Shown here piece after piece: positions 1-9,901 of a stretch of 49,842 bases of DNA. The DNA comes from Cytophagales bacterium (GTDB taxonomy: Bacteria > Bacteroidota > Bacteroidia > Cytophagales > UBA9547). The translations under genes were made by a program, and so were the position numbers. Below the pieces are notes generated by a model. The model was not told the origin of the DNA. It searched no databases and saw only the letters and a program-made list of their open reading frames with translations. The stretch is taken from assembly GCA_043769845.1 (NCBI GenBank), contig JAYVIX010000200.1:1-49842 (forward strand), read 5' to 3'. Every line of letters begins with the position of its first letter. Within the stretch, counting starts at the first letter, position 1.

Positions 1-602
1 TCATTAAACTGAAAAAAATAAACTTCTTTAACCCCTATTTCGTTGGCTAAAAAATTTCTAATCACACTAAAACGATAACCTTTAAATTCAATTTCGTCAC
101 CAAATTTATACGTTTTCTTAGGGAATAAAAAATCATCATTCGCTTTGAGAGTAATCGAAAACTCATTAGAACTAATGATTTTTAATCTAAAAGCAACATT
201 ATAGGGTCTGTTATAATCACTCGAATCAAACACTACTTTAATAGGCGAATTCGGATATAATTCAGAATTTTTAATATTCCCTTCTAAAAAGTAAGAAACA
301 TCTAAATTCATTTGATCTACCACTTTTTTTATAGTAGACACCGATTTTATTATATTAATTTCATTATTAAGATTCTTTTGAGCCAATTTGCTCGAAAAAT
401 AAGCCCCTTGAGCCATTGGCGCCATCGCATTCATCTTCACTAAAATGGAAGATTTTACATTATAAATATTGAGCGCATATCTCTTATAGATAAGTGATGC
501 AGAAAATGTAATTCCCAGAATGATCACATACCAATACCAGTTCTGCGCAATTAGAAACAACCACTTCTTATAGTCTATCGACTCTTCGCTATTAGATTCC
601 AT
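1..602 (-). CDS. Polysaccharide chain-length determinant (Wzz/Wzc, GumC-like) protein, N-terminal part; the gene runs off the left edge of the window
   Basis: My own minus-strand translation from the ATG at 602-600 gives MESNSEESIDYKKWLFLIAQNWYWYVIILGITFSASLIYKRYALNIYNVKSS... and stays open to position 1. It has an N-terminal TM helix followed by a Wzz-like segment. The start abuts the stop of the upstream wza-like gene (TAAATG). Confidence 0.55.
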   Translation of the reverse strand, partial: MESNSEESIDYKKWLFLIAQNWYWYVIILGITFSASLIYKRYALNIYNVKSSILVKMNAMAPMAQGAYFSSKLAQKNLNNEINIIKSVSTIKKVVDQMNLDVSYFLEGNIKNSELYPNSPIKVVFDSSDYNRPYNVAFRLKIISSNEFSITLKANDDFLFPKKTYKFGDEIEFKGYRFSVIRNFLANEIGVKEVYFFQFN

Positions 603-1391
603 TTATAAACTTATTCTATTTCTAATTGTTAAAAACAAAAATAGTGCTGAAACTGTACCTGTTACAATTCCAAGGATTTGCCTGTATTTTAAAGCATTCT
701 TCGCATTACTAGGCTCTAAAACTAATATGTCTTTCGGCATCAAAAAATATTCAGGGCGATTTATAATCCCAATATCCGAAATATCAACGTAAAAAACATG
801 AATTTTACGCCCACCATCAACCTGTCTAATAATTTTTATTTTGGTGTAATTAGTAAACTCACCTAAATTACCAACTAGAGCCATCGCTTGAATAATAGAC
901 AATTTTCCATCTGGGGAACTGATATGAGCTGTCTTTTCGCCAAATATATCCACTGTAAAATTCAATAAACGCACACTTACCGTTACATTGTTTAAATAAT
1001 CAGATGCGATAGTTTTAATTCTATTTCTAGCTTGTTCGACAGTTTGACCTGACACTTTCACCATGCCTATAATTGGAACGTCTACATAACCTGAGTCATT
1101 CACCAAATATCCGTTGGGAACATCGCCACCTGCTTTTGCGGCACTCGACATATTATACTCGCCAGGAGTAATACTTACTATTTCGACCGAAAGAATATCG
1201 CCATTCCGCACTTTATATTCATAAGGTGTGACACTTACAATAGTATCCAGCTTTTGCTTCTCTTTTAAAGAATATTTTGCTTTGTCTGTAAGAACTAACT
1301 GCTTACGAATAGGCACACAACTGGAAAAAAAGAGGATAAAAGCACTAACAAATAAAAATGAAGTACTTAATTTTAATGAAGAATTATTCAT
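603..1391 (-). CDS. Polysaccharide export outer-membrane lipoprotein (Wza-like, Poly_export + SLBB)
   Basis: 262 aa. Lipoprotein-type signal peptide (...FFSSC). The segment YKVRNGDILSVEI...PVIGMVKVSGQTVEQARNRI is typical of Poly_export/SLBB proteins. It lies directly upstream of the Wzc-like gene. Confidence 0.7.
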   Translation of the reverse strand: MNNSSLKLSTSFLFVSAFILFFSSCVPIRKQLVLTDKAKYSLKEKQKLDTIVSVTPYEYKVRNGDILSVEIVSITPGEYNMSSAAKAGGDVPNGYLVNDSGYVDVPIIGMVKVSGQTVEQARNRIKTIASDYLNNVTVSVRLLNFTVDIFGEKTAHISSPDGKLSIIQAMALVGNLGEFTNYTKIKIIRQVDGGRKIHVFYVDISDIGIINRPEYFLMPKDILVLEPSNAKNALKYRQILGIVTGTVSALFLFLTIRNRISL

Positions 1392-1760
1392 TTATTTTTT
1401 TCTTACTAATTTTATGAAATCACTTTCCACATTCCAATCACGTGCCAATTTTATCATGGCCAAGGCTTCCATTTCTGTAATGTGCCCTTTGAAATTGGTG
1501 GCCAGCCAAACATCGTACAGATAGGATACTTTTCTATCAGAGGCCTCGTTTTGTAAGGCTTTTTTTAGATAATCTCTTGTGCGATCGTAGGCGGTATAAA
1601 CATCTTCGTTCACAAAATCCATTGCCCACTTGAGCTCTTCTTGCGCGTCAAAATCATCGGCTGTTACTTGCAAAAGCCTTATTTCCTCCTCCGTAAAATC
1701 ATGGTAGAGGAAAATGATTGCTTTTAAAAGTAATAATGCTTTTTTGTGGGAAGAGTCCAT
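1392..1760 (-). CDS. Hypothetical small cytoplasmic protein
   Basis: 122-aa ORF packed against the wza start (stop at 1392-1394, wza ATG at 1391). I recognised no family. Confidence 0.45.
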   Translation of the reverse strand: MDSSHKKALLLLKAIIFLYHDFTEEEIRLLQVTADDFDAQEELKWAMDFVNEDVYTAYDRTRDYLKKALQNEASDRKVSYLYDVWLATNFKGHITEMEALAMIKLARDWNVESDFIKLVRKK

Positions 1761-1805
1761 CGTTTTTCTAGCCGCGCAAATATAGTAGAGATTGAAGGAA
1801 ATTAA

Positions 1806-2201
1806 CTAATCAACTAATTCCACTTCGTCAACTATATAATGACTATCTCCTCGCCAAGGTAGTTTCACAAACATTTCTTTATAGTGCAATTTGACTCTTT
1901 TATTGGTCAAAATAGCTTGATCTAACTTTTCAATTAGTGCCTTATCGCCCTTAACTGAAAAATCCCAAATAGGAGATAATGGTTTATTAACTCCATTATC
2001 CAAGAATGTTCCTACATTCAACTGTCCTTCTATCGTCTTGAAAATGATGCCTTTATTGGATATTTTGATCAGAGAACCACCTCGATATCCATCACTATAA
2101 TGACCAAAAAAAATATAACTGAAGACGGCAATTACAATGACTACGATGACCAAAAGCACAATCCTCAGCTTTTTCCAAATACTTATCAAACCTTCTTTCA
2201 T
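1806..2201 (-). CDS. Hypothetical membrane-anchored protein
   Basis: 131 aa with a single N-terminal TM helix (LRIVLLVIVVIVIAVFSYIFF) and a small soluble domain. The type is conserved in Bacteroidota but the function is unknown. Confidence 0.5.
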   Translation of the reverse strand: MKEGLISIWKKLRIVLLVIVVIVIAVFSYIFFGHYSDGYRGGSLIKISNKGIIFKTIEGQLNVGTFLDNGVNKPLSPIWDFSVKGDKALIEKLDQAILTNKRVKLHYKEMFVKLPWRGDSHYIVDEVELVD

Positions 2202-2220
2202 TTGCTTCTAAAATTTTTGA

Positions 2221-3159
2221 CTAATTTTCTTCGTCCTCATATGCTTTTATAATTTTAGCGACCAATGGATGACGACAAACATCTGTCCCTTTCATTTCAA
2301 TTACAGCAATCCCAGAAACTTTTCCAAGACGATGTACCGCATCTGCAAGACCGGACAATTGCTTCCGAGGCAAATCTATCTGACTCATATCGCCCGTCAC
2401 GATTGCTCTTGAACCTTGCCCTAAACGCGTCAAAAACATTTTCAGCTGTACATTTGTCGCATTTTGGGCTTCGTCTAAAATAATAAAAGCCTGACTTAAT
2501 GTACGACCTCGCATGTAGGCAAGCGGAGCTATTTCGATGATATTATTTTCCTGATAAAATTTCAATTTTTCAGGAGTCACCATTTCTTCGAACGCATCAA
2601 AAACAGGACGAAGGTAAGGAGCTATTTTTTCGTTCAAATCGCCAGGAAGAAACCCAAGATTTTCGCCTGCTTCAACTGCTGGACGAGTAATAATTATTTT
2701 CCTTATTTCCTTGTTTTTAAGAGCTTGCAGAGCCAAGGCTACAGCCATATAGGTTTTACCAGTTCCTGCAGGTCCAACAGCAAAAACGATGTCGTTCTTC
2801 AAAACCAAATCGGCAAATTTCTGCTGATTTTTAGTTTTGGGCTTTATAGCCGAACCTTTGGCCGAATGAATAATGGCATCTTTCGCAGGTTTTTCTTCTA
2901 TAGATACTCGATCGATTAGATAGCTTTGCACTTGTTCGGGTTTTAAATATCCAAATCTATTAAAATGGTTGATGAGAGAAGAAATTATTTCGTTGATCCT
3001 ATTTACGTCCTTCTGTTTTCCTTGAATTCGTATCTCATTGCCTCTAGAGATTATTTTCGAAGTAGGAAACGCCAACGCAATTTCGTCAAAATTGGCATTA
3101 TTAGTGCCTAAGAAATCGACTAATGAAATGTTTTCGAGATAAATAACAGACTCGTGCAA
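2221..3159 (-). CDS. phoH: PhoH family ATPase
   Basis: 312 aa. Walker A is AVGPAGTGKTYMAVA and Walker B-like is FIILDEAQN. The PhoH signature YLRPVFDAF...MRGRT is present. Confidence 0.9.
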   Translation of the reverse strand: MHESVIYLENISLVDFLGTNNANFDEIALAFPTSKIISRGNEIRIQGKQKDVNRINEIISSLINHFNRFGYLKPEQVQSYLIDRVSIEEKPAKDAIIHSAKGSAIKPKTKNQQKFADLVLKNDIVFAVGPAGTGKTYMAVALALQALKNKEIRKIIITRPAVEAGENLGFLPGDLNEKIAPYLRPVFDAFEEMVTPEKLKFYQENNIIEIAPLAYMRGRTLSQAFIILDEAQNATNVQLKMFLTRLGQGSRAIVTGDMSQIDLPRKQLSGLADAVHRLGKVSGIAVIEMKGTDVCRHPLVAKIIKAYEDEEN

Positions 3160-3234
3160 AAGCTTAGTTGGTGTTTAGGTCCGAATATATTTTCTTTGTT
3201 AATTAAAAAGTTAAAGGTATATTTTTTTCCTCAC

Positions 3235-4017
3235 ATGGCAATCATCACTTTCTTGTCCGACTTTGGCTGGCGCGACCATTATGTGGCTGCTGTCAAGGCG
3301 AAGATATTAAGTGTGATTCCTAATATTAATATATTAGATATTTCTCACGAAATAGAACCTTTCAACATTGCCCATGCGGCATTTGTGTTAGGGGCTGTTT
3401 TTCGTGATTTTCCGCAAGGAACGGTACATCTAGTTGCTGTTAGTTCTCAAAGCAAATCGGAAGAAAAATACATCGCAATGAAACTGGAGGAGCATTATTT
3501 TGTAGGACCAGACAATGGCATTTTTTCGTTGCTTTCTGAAAAAAATCCTTCAGTGATTGTAGAGTTGCAAAACGATCCATTGATTGCAGCCAATTTTCCC
3601 GAAAAAAACGTACTCGCAAATGCCGCTGTAGCGCTGGCAAGTGGTAGGGCTTTATATGACATTGGCAAACAATTGATGTCACTTCATCGCTTGATAAGCC
3701 GCCAGATAAAAACAACCAAAAACGAAATTGAAGGAAGAATTTCGCATATTGATACGTACGGAAACTTGATTTCAAATATCAAACTAATGGATTATACATT
3801 GGTCGCAAAATCGCGCCAGGCACGTATTCAAGTTGGAAGTACTATGATAGATGGGCTTAGTGATTCTTACTTTAAGAAGGACGGAGGAGATTGTATTTGC
3901 CTTTTTAACAGTTTAGGTCTTCTTGAGATTTCGATCATCCATGGTAATGCTTCAAAATTATTAAATATGCGACACGACAGCCTTATTAAAGTAGTCTTCT
4001 CTTCTACGTTGGATTAG
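3235..4017 (+). CDS. SAM hydrolase / SAM-dependent halogenase family protein (S-adenosyl-L-methionine hydroxide adenosyltransferase, DUF62)
   Basis: MAIITFLSDFGWRDHYVAAVKAKIL is the canonical N-terminus of this family. I moved the start from the track's 3154 to the in-frame ATG at 3235. Confidence 0.75.
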   Translation: MAIITFLSDFGWRDHYVAAVKAKILSVIPNINILDISHEIEPFNIAHAAFVLGAVFRDFPQGTVHLVAVSSQSKSEEKYIAMKLEEHYFVGPDNGIFSLLSEKNPSVIVELQNDPLIAANFPEKNVLANAAVALASGRALYDIGKQLMSLHRLISRQIKTTKNEIEGRISHIDTYGNLISNIKLMDYTLVAKSRQARIQVGSTMIDGLSDSYFKKDGGDCICLFNSLGLLEISIIHGNASKLLNMRHDSLIKVVFSSTLD

Positions 4018-4261
4018 TTATTTAGTCTAAAAATGGAGTATACTTTTTGACAAGGCGAAATAATTTCTTTTTTGATCAACCTACGTTCTACCAAATCAAT
4101 GTGTTTGACTCAGATAAAACACCAACGAATTCTCTACAGTGTTCCTTCATGCGAATTAAGAGTCGAATCAAAGTAATACAAGTTCGAAAAAGTGAGTAAA
4201 ATACAGGTTAATATACTGGAAATCAGTATATTTATATTGTTACGAAGCAGTGTAAACGCCC

Positions 4262-4984
4262 ATGATTAATCAGGATACTTCTGAGTTTACCAATCAGAAA
4301 ATCATGACTATCTACTTGTTTTCCATCCATCTAGAAAAGCAATTCAGAATAAAACAGATGTATAATTTCATCAAAAACTACTTTTTCATCTGGTTTCCAA
4401 AATTACCTTGCTATGTAGCCTTCAATACCGTATAAACAACCTTTGTGATGCGTTCAGGATTCTTTCGGACTCTTTGTTGAAAGAATTCGTACCTATCAAT
4501 ATTGGCAAACAAAACAGCCTTTTGAACTCCATGCCAATGATTACTTGCTCGGCCAAAAAAAACGCAAAAGTAGCGAGCGAAATAACGGACAAGGGCTATT
4601 GTTCTACAAAAGTATGTTCTACTATGGCTTGAAATTACGCACTTGGATTTGATGTAACCAGTCAAATACCTCATCTTGAAAGTATTGTAATCAGCAAGCC
4701 CACTGCAAACGACCTAGCTGTATTTAAGGAAAACTGGGGAGCAATAAAAAACAGGACGTTTTTTGATGATAAAATCTATGTCGACAAACCCTTTTTTTGA
4801 AGATTTATCAAAGACAAATAATTCGCACAATCTCACGCCCATCAAAGCTATAAAAGAAAAAAACAGCGTGCTAGTACATATGAAAAAAGCCTATAATGAT
4901 TTACTTTCGAAAGCAGTATCAACTGTCCGACAACCAATAGAATCACTCTTTAACCCAACTTGCAGTCCTCCCGTAAGTACCTAA
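4262..4984 (+). pseudogene. Degraded IS982-like (DDE) transposase remnant
   Basis: The pieces lie in different frames. They are ...TIYLFSIHLEKQFRIKQMYNFIKNYFFIWFPKLPCYVAFNTV*, then RINNLCDAFRIL...MPMITCSAKKNAKVASEITDKGYCSTK...*, then ...ALGFD...ESIVISKPTANDLAVFKENWGAIKNRTFFDDKIYVDKPFF*, then ...LTPIKAIKEKN...KAVSTVRQPIESLFN. This follows the order of IS982-type transposases but has stops, frameshifts and a truncated 3' end. Confidence 0.6.
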
Positions 4985-5110
4985 TTTTCGCGTATTTTAG
5001 CATTTCGAGGATCTATTCTCAGGACTACTGAACAAGTATTTGGGCAATCTTTATTCTACATTATTACTTATCTGGAACAACTAATAGTACCTTGCAAAAC
5101 AAATCAAACC

Positions 5111-5431
5111 ATGGTACCACGTTCCTCCGAAAAACCCACTTCTCGCTCGTCCAAAGCCATCAGCGTGGGCGATGCGATCAAGGAACTTTTGAAATTTTAC
5201 CAACTCGAAGGCAAATACAACGAAACCTATGTAGTGGCCAATTGGGAGCGGATTATGGGCAAAACCATTGCGAGCCGCACCGAAAAAGTCTATTTTAAGA
5301 ACAAACTCATGTTTGTAAAAATAGCGTCTTCTACTTTGAAAAAAGATTTGATGCTTTCAAAACAAAACATCATTAATTTAGTAAATAAGGAAATTGGAGA
5401 AAACGTGGTCGAAGATGTTGTCTTCTTATAA
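5111..5431 (+). CDS. DUF721 (DciA-like) domain protein
   Basis: 106 aa. The region AISVGDAIKELLKFYQLEGKYNETYVVANWERIMGKTIASRTEKVYFKNKLMFVKIASSTLKKDL matches the DUF721 pattern. Confidence 0.7.
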   Translation: MVPRSSEKPTSRSSKAISVGDAIKELLKFYQLEGKYNETYVVANWERIMGKTIASRTEKVYFKNKLMFVKIASSTLKKDLMLSKQNIINLVNKEIGENVVEDVVFL

Positions 5432-5466
5432 AGCTTAAATCTTTTCAGCATACAATTTAAAATACT

Positions 5467-7044
5467 ATGATTCAAGAAATTAATTCTTATCTGGGCAATC
5501 TTTATTGGTGGGAAATTGCATTGTTCTTTTTTGCGTTTCTACTGATGGTGGCATTTCATGATATTTTTATTAACAAAAAACACACCATTAAACACAATTT
5601 TCCAGTAGTAGGTCATTTGCGCTATTTGCTCGAAAAAATTGGACCCGAATTACGCCAATACATCGTGGCAAACAATCGTGAAGAATTGCCTTTCAACCGA
5701 AGCCAACGTTCGTGGGTGTATGCTTCATCAAAGCGAGAGAACAATCTTTCGGGTTTTGGAACCGATCAAGATATATACCGTGCGGGACATGTTTTTATCA
5801 ATCCAGCTTTGTTTCCATATGTGCCAGCCAAAGATCATGTAACCAAAAATGACCCCTATTTTGTGCCCTGTGCCAAAGTAATTGGTCTTTATAACAAGCG
5901 CAGAAAACCATTTCGTCCCTATTCTATTGCCAACATTTCGGGTATGAGTTATGGCTCACTTTCGGCCAAGGCGGTGGAATCGCTCAATAAAGGAGCGTTG
6001 AAAGTGGGTTGTTATCAGAATACAGGAGAAGGCGGTTTGTCGCCTTACCACAGTTATGGTGCCGATATTGTGTTTCACTTCGGAACGGGATATTTTGGTG
6101 TAAGAGATGAAAATGGCAATTTCTCCATGTCGAAATTGGTCGATTTGGTCAATGCCAACCCATTTATCAGAGCGATTGACGTGAAACTTTCGCAAGGTGC
6201 AAAACCAGGAAAAGGCGGAATGTTGCCAGGCAAAAAAATCACACAAGAAATTGCCGACATTCGTAATGTGCCAATGGGCAAAGACGTGTTTTCGCCCCCA
6301 AGCCACTCGGCTTTTTCAAACGTTCCCGAAATGCTTGATTTTTTCGAAGACATTGCAAAAAAAACGGGATTACCTGTGGGTTTCAAAGCAGCAGTTGGAA
6401 AACTAGACGATTGGTATTTATTGGCTGACGAAATGGTAAAACGCGGTACTGGGCCCGATTTTATCACCATTGATGGTGGCGAAGGCGGAACAGGAGCAGC
6501 TCCTCCAGCATTTGCAGACAGTGTTTCGTTGCCCTTTATTTTTGCGTTCTCGTCTGTCTACAAAATATTTGCCGATCGTGGCTTGACAGATCGCATTGTA
6601 TTTATGGCTTCTGGAAAACTGGGGTTCCCTGCTAGTGCACTCATGGCCATGTCGATGGGCGCAGACGTGATCAACGTGGCGCGCGAAGCGATGATGTCGA
6701 TTGGCTGTATTCAGGCGCAAGTTTGCCACAAAAACACCTGCCCATCGGGAGTAGCAACTTCAAACAAATGGTTGCAAAACGGAATTGATCCGACCTTGAA
6801 ATCGGAACGTTTGTACAACTACATCAAAACCTTGCGCAAAGAAATGCTCGAAATTACACACGCATGTGGCTACGAACATCCAAGTCAAATGAAAATGATA
6901 GACGTGGAAGTGAGTATGGGCGACAATAATTTGACCAAAAAACTAAACGATATCTATGGCTACGACAAAGTACCAGTGCCGTTCAATGGAATGCAAAGTT
7001 TACTTGACTGTCAATATCTTGGCGGATTAGGAAAGAAAGCATAA
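5467..7044 (+). CDS. FMN-binding glutamate synthase family protein (GltB domain-2-like), membrane anchored
   Basis: 525 aa with an N-terminal TM helix. Motifs are KLSQGAKPGKGGMLPG and IDGGEGGTGAAP, plus the Cys cluster CIQAQVCHKNTCPSGVAT. Confidence 0.85.
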   Translation: MIQEINSYLGNLYWWEIALFFFAFLLMVAFHDIFINKKHTIKHNFPVVGHLRYLLEKIGPELRQYIVANNREELPFNRSQRSWVYASSKRENNLSGFGTDQDIYRAGHVFINPALFPYVPAKDHVTKNDPYFVPCAKVIGLYNKRRKPFRPYSIANISGMSYGSLSAKAVESLNKGALKVGCYQNTGEGGLSPYHSYGADIVFHFGTGYFGVRDENGNFSMSKLVDLVNANPFIRAIDVKLSQGAKPGKGGMLPGKKITQEIADIRNVPMGKDVFSPPSHSAFSNVPEMLDFFEDIAKKTGLPVGFKAAVGKLDDWYLLADEMVKRGTGPDFITIDGGEGGTGAAPPAFADSVSLPFIFAFSSVYKIFADRGLTDRIVFMASGKLGFPASALMAMSMGADVINVAREAMMSIGCIQAQVCHKNTCPSGVATSNKWLQNGIDPTLKSERLYNYIKTLRKEMLEITHACGYEHPSQMKMIDVEVSMGDNNLTKKLNDIYGYDKVPVPFNGMQSLLDCQYLGGLGKKA

Positions 7045-7108
7045 TCTGGTTTTAATTTTTCAAACGTATATTCCAAGAGTCAATAGTCCACATTTACACT
7101 ATTTTACG

Positions 7109-7158
7109 AAACCCGAACACCCATCGACTAGTACATTGTCGATAGGTGTTCGGGTTTT
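7109..7158 (+). terminator. Rho-independent terminator between convergent genes
   Basis: AAACCCGAACACC (7109-7121) pairs with GGTGTTCGGGTTT (7145-7157). An inner ATCGAC/GTCGAT pairing extends the stem. A T-run follows. Confidence 0.7.
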
Positions 7159-7165
7159 ATACTAA

Positions 7166-8026
7166 TCAACAAAATCCCAAACTAATCACCCCTGCCAGCA
7201 TGAGCCATTTGCAAAAAGCACTCAAATTCGAAAAGTCTTTTTGTTTATCCGCTTTCACAATCTGAACGCCCAAATACAAAAGCAGAAATACAATACCCCA
7301 GTATATGACAGCTTCTTGAGGTTGTTGAATAGCTTGATAAATGACAAGAGCGATAAAAACAACTAGAATCACAATCAGCAAAATCTTGGTTTTTCGCATT
7401 CCCCACACGATCGGAAAAGTCTTGCAGCCATATGCAGCATCGCCTTTGGTATCTTCCAAGTCTTTTATAATCTCGCGCAACAAACTGATACAGAACGCAA
7501 AAATGGAATACGAGTACACTAGCCGATTGTATTGACCAAGATAAACACCCACCGCCCACACCACCGCAGCTGATAGTGCCGAGATCAGAATATTGCCCAA
7601 AAGTGGCGTGCGTTTTAGAATATTAGAATAAAACCAAAGTAAAAAAGCGCAAACACCAAAGAGCAATGCCACACGCCAACTGAGCGTAAAACCAATCGCG
7701 ATGGCCAAAAAATTAAGTGCAGAATGAAAAATAATGGCTTGCCTGCGCGAAACTACTCGACCGATCACGATACGTTCGGGCTTGTTGACTAGGTCGATTT
7801 TGATGTCGTAATAATCATTGATCACATAACCAGCAGCTGCAATCAGGATCGTACCTAGCGACAATACCAAAAGGCCAAAAGGAGGAATGAGGAGCGAATA
7901 ATCAGACCATTTATTTTTCGCCAGAAAAAAATAGACCGCATATTGGGTAAAAAATACAATGACAAGATTTGGCCATCGCACCAATTTAATCATCGATCGC
8001 ATCCATTCTTGCTTATTTTTATTCAT
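7166..8026 (-). CDS. UbiA family prenyltransferase
   Basis: Multi-TM protein with the motif NDYYDIKIDLVNKP (NDxxDxxxD) and a second Asp-rich patch KDLEDTKGD. The track start at 8047 is TTG. I chose the first ATG (8026), but the start remains uncertain. Confidence 0.75.
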   Translation of the reverse strand: MNKNKQEWMRSMIKLVRWPNLVIVFFTQYAVYFFLAKNKWSDYSLLIPPFGLLVLSLGTILIAAAGYVINDYYDIKIDLVNKPERIVIGRVVSRRQAIIFHSALNFLAIAIGFTLSWRVALLFGVCAFLLWFYSNILKRTPLLGNILISALSAAVVWAVGVYLGQYNRLVYSYSIFAFCISLLREIIKDLEDTKGDAAYGCKTFPIVWGMRKTKILLIVILVVFIALVIYQAIQQPQEAVIYWGIVFLLLYLGVQIVKADKQKDFSNLSAFCKWLMLAGVISLGFC

Positions 8027-8114
8027 GTAAATAATCAAATATTGCAATCAAATATACAAAAAGACACTAGGCGTTTCGGCTTTAAGACACATTTCCTACC
8101 TTCACCACAAAGTA

Positions 8115-8951
8115 GTGGATTTGGCTAGAGTTTGGAAAATTGCAGGAATTTGTGTGCTGATTTATAGCAGTATTCTAATCGCTTTGGGCGCAATTTGGTA
8201 TCAAGGGATTTTTAAAGGACATTTTACTTTTTTTGACGATTCGCTCGAATGGCTCCAAATGGACAAGGTGGGGCATTTTTTTGCGGCTTTTCAGATCAGT
8301 CGTTGGTTTATTCAAATCCTACGCTGGCAAAAAGTAAGCGCAGCTGAAGCACAAAAAGTAGGCATCTGGGGAGGAATAATTTACCTGTGCCCGGTCGAAA
8401 TCTTAGATGGTTTTTCGGAGGCTTATGGTTTTTCGTGGACGGACATTTTGGCCAATTGTCTCGGAACGGGTTTTCTATGGCTTCAATTACAGGCTTTCAA
8501 AAAAATGAATTTTTTGCCAAAATTTTCCTTTCAACTAAGTCCGTTTGCTGTCATGCGCAAGGAAATGCTCGGGAGTCATCTTTTTTCCCAATTAATCAAA
8601 GATTACAATGGACAAACGTATTGGCTCAGTTTCAGTCCAAATGTATTTTTTAAGAAAAAATATTTCCCTGAATGGCTCCAGATTTCCATCGGTTACGGAG
8701 CCGATAATTTACTTGGCGGTCACGACAATGTATGGAAAATTGATGGACAAAATAATGTATTAGCTGATTATTCGCATCTCGCTCGAACACGTCAATTCTT
8801 TATTTCCTTTGACATTAGCCTTCAGTACAAAGAATATTCCAACCCTTTTATGAAGTTTGTACGCCTCGCACTTTCTTGTCTGAAATTTCCATTCCCTGCA
8901 ATCGGATTCAGTGCCAACAAAGGGTTCGAATTCAAATGGTTGGGAATTTAG
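8115..8951 (+). CDS. Membrane protein, possibly DUF2279 family
   Basis: 278 aa with a GTG start, an N-terminal TM helix and a DKVGHFF motif. The family assignment is from memory only. Confidence 0.45.
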   Translation: MDLARVWKIAGICVLIYSSILIALGAIWYQGIFKGHFTFFDDSLEWLQMDKVGHFFAAFQISRWFIQILRWQKVSAAEAQKVGIWGGIIYLCPVEILDGFSEAYGFSWTDILANCLGTGFLWLQLQAFKKMNFLPKFSFQLSPFAVMRKEMLGSHLFSQLIKDYNGQTYWLSFSPNVFFKKKYFPEWLQISIGYGADNLLGGHDNVWKIDGQNNVLADYSHLARTRQFFISFDISLQYKEYSNPFMKFVRLALSCLKFPFPAIGFSANKGFEFKWLGI

Positions 8952-8952
8952 A

Positions 8953-8990
8953 TAGTTGTTAGTAGCTAGTTAACTAACTACTAACAACTA
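8953..8990. repeat. 38-bp near-perfect palindrome between convergent genes; likely a bidirectional terminator
   Basis: TAGTTGTTAGTAG (8953-8965) is the reverse complement of CTACTAACAACTA (8978-8990). The inner TAGTTAACTA is self-complementary. The last 3 nt are the stop codon of the minus-strand gene. Confidence 0.75.
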
Positions 8991-9842
8991 ATCTTGTTTT
9001 TGCTCAGGAGTTTCTTCGGAAAGAGTCGGTTTTTGTTCTGTTTTTTTGCCTGTGGTATCTTTTGATTTTGAACCTTCGCCATTTGCAGAACCAAAGACTA
9101 ATGGCGGACCTTCGTATTTGGCTCTACGTTTTCGGATTGGGTGAAAAGTGTATTGCAACTTCAGATTGACATTGATATATCTGTCGTTCCCTTTGGTTTT
9201 CAATTTATTAACTCCATCAAGGTGGTCGGTGAACGTAAATCGGGCAGCCAATTCACCTAAAACGGAAAAATATTTATTGAGATAAAGTTCTATACCCAAT
9301 GCAGCTGGTATTACTGGCGTGACTTGTGCAGAAGTCTTTTTTTCGTAATTATATTTGAAATAGGTGTAAGTATAATCAAGCGTTGGCACCACATAGGCCA
9401 TTCCTAGGCCAAGTACCAAATAAGGGCGAATACGTTGTGGCTTTTGTTTCAGGTCATGTTTATAAAAAATCTTACGATCAACCAAGTTGAAACGCCCAAA
9501 TGCCATCACTTCATAGGCTTTGGATGTGAATGAAATAGATCCTGTTTTTCCAAATCCAGCCGTTTGTTTAAATGCCAAATAGCTCACTTCGCCACCAAAA
9601 TAAATCCTAGTCCACACTTTATAACTCACCGTGAGGCTTAGTCCAGGACTCAGTTTAGGACCAGGCAAACGATCCAAATCGCCCGAATAGCCACAGTTTA
9701 TCCCGCCCACTGCCACACTCACTGGCCCACGGTAATAATACGAACCAAAAAGAGTAGAATATTCGATTTGCTTTTTCTTCTGAGCCAAGGCGAAAGTTCC
9801 TAACAAAAGCCCAATCGAAAGAATGATTATTTTTCTAAACAC
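8988..9842 (-). CDS. Outer-membrane beta-barrel protein, paralogue of 10610..11677
   Basis: The track ORF (to 10058) overlaps comF and lacks a signal peptide at its start. The in-frame GTG at 9842 gives (M)FRKIIILSIGLLLGTFALAQKKKQIEYS..., which aligns with the paralogue's N-terminus. Shared blocks include YYYRGP, RIRPYL/RIRPFL and KLQYTFHPIRKRRAKY. Confidence 0.7.
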   Translation of the reverse strand: MFRKIIILSIGLLLGTFALAQKKKQIEYSTLFGSYYYRGPVSVAVGGINCGYSGDLDRLPGPKLSPGLSLTVSYKVWTRIYFGGEVSYLAFKQTAGFGKTGSISFTSKAYEVMAFGRFNLVDRKIFYKHDLKQKPQRIRPYLVLGLGMAYVVPTLDYTYTYFKYNYEKKTSAQVTPVIPAALGIELYLNKYFSVLGELAARFTFTDHLDGVNKLKTKGNDRYINVNLKLQYTFHPIRKRRAKYEGPPLVFGSANGEGSKSKDTTGKKTEQKPTLSEETPEQKQD

Positions 9843-9901
9843 CTCTAAAAGATTTAAAAATGAACACTTTATTTCTCTTACGCACAAAAAAAAGAGTTGG
9901 A

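Noticed and set aside
4408-4674. Track ORFs 4408..4632 (+), 4411..4674 (-) and 4763..4984 (+) as separate small genes.
   Set aside because: The plus-strand pieces are consecutive fragments of one decayed IS982-like transposase. The minus-strand ORF is its shadow.
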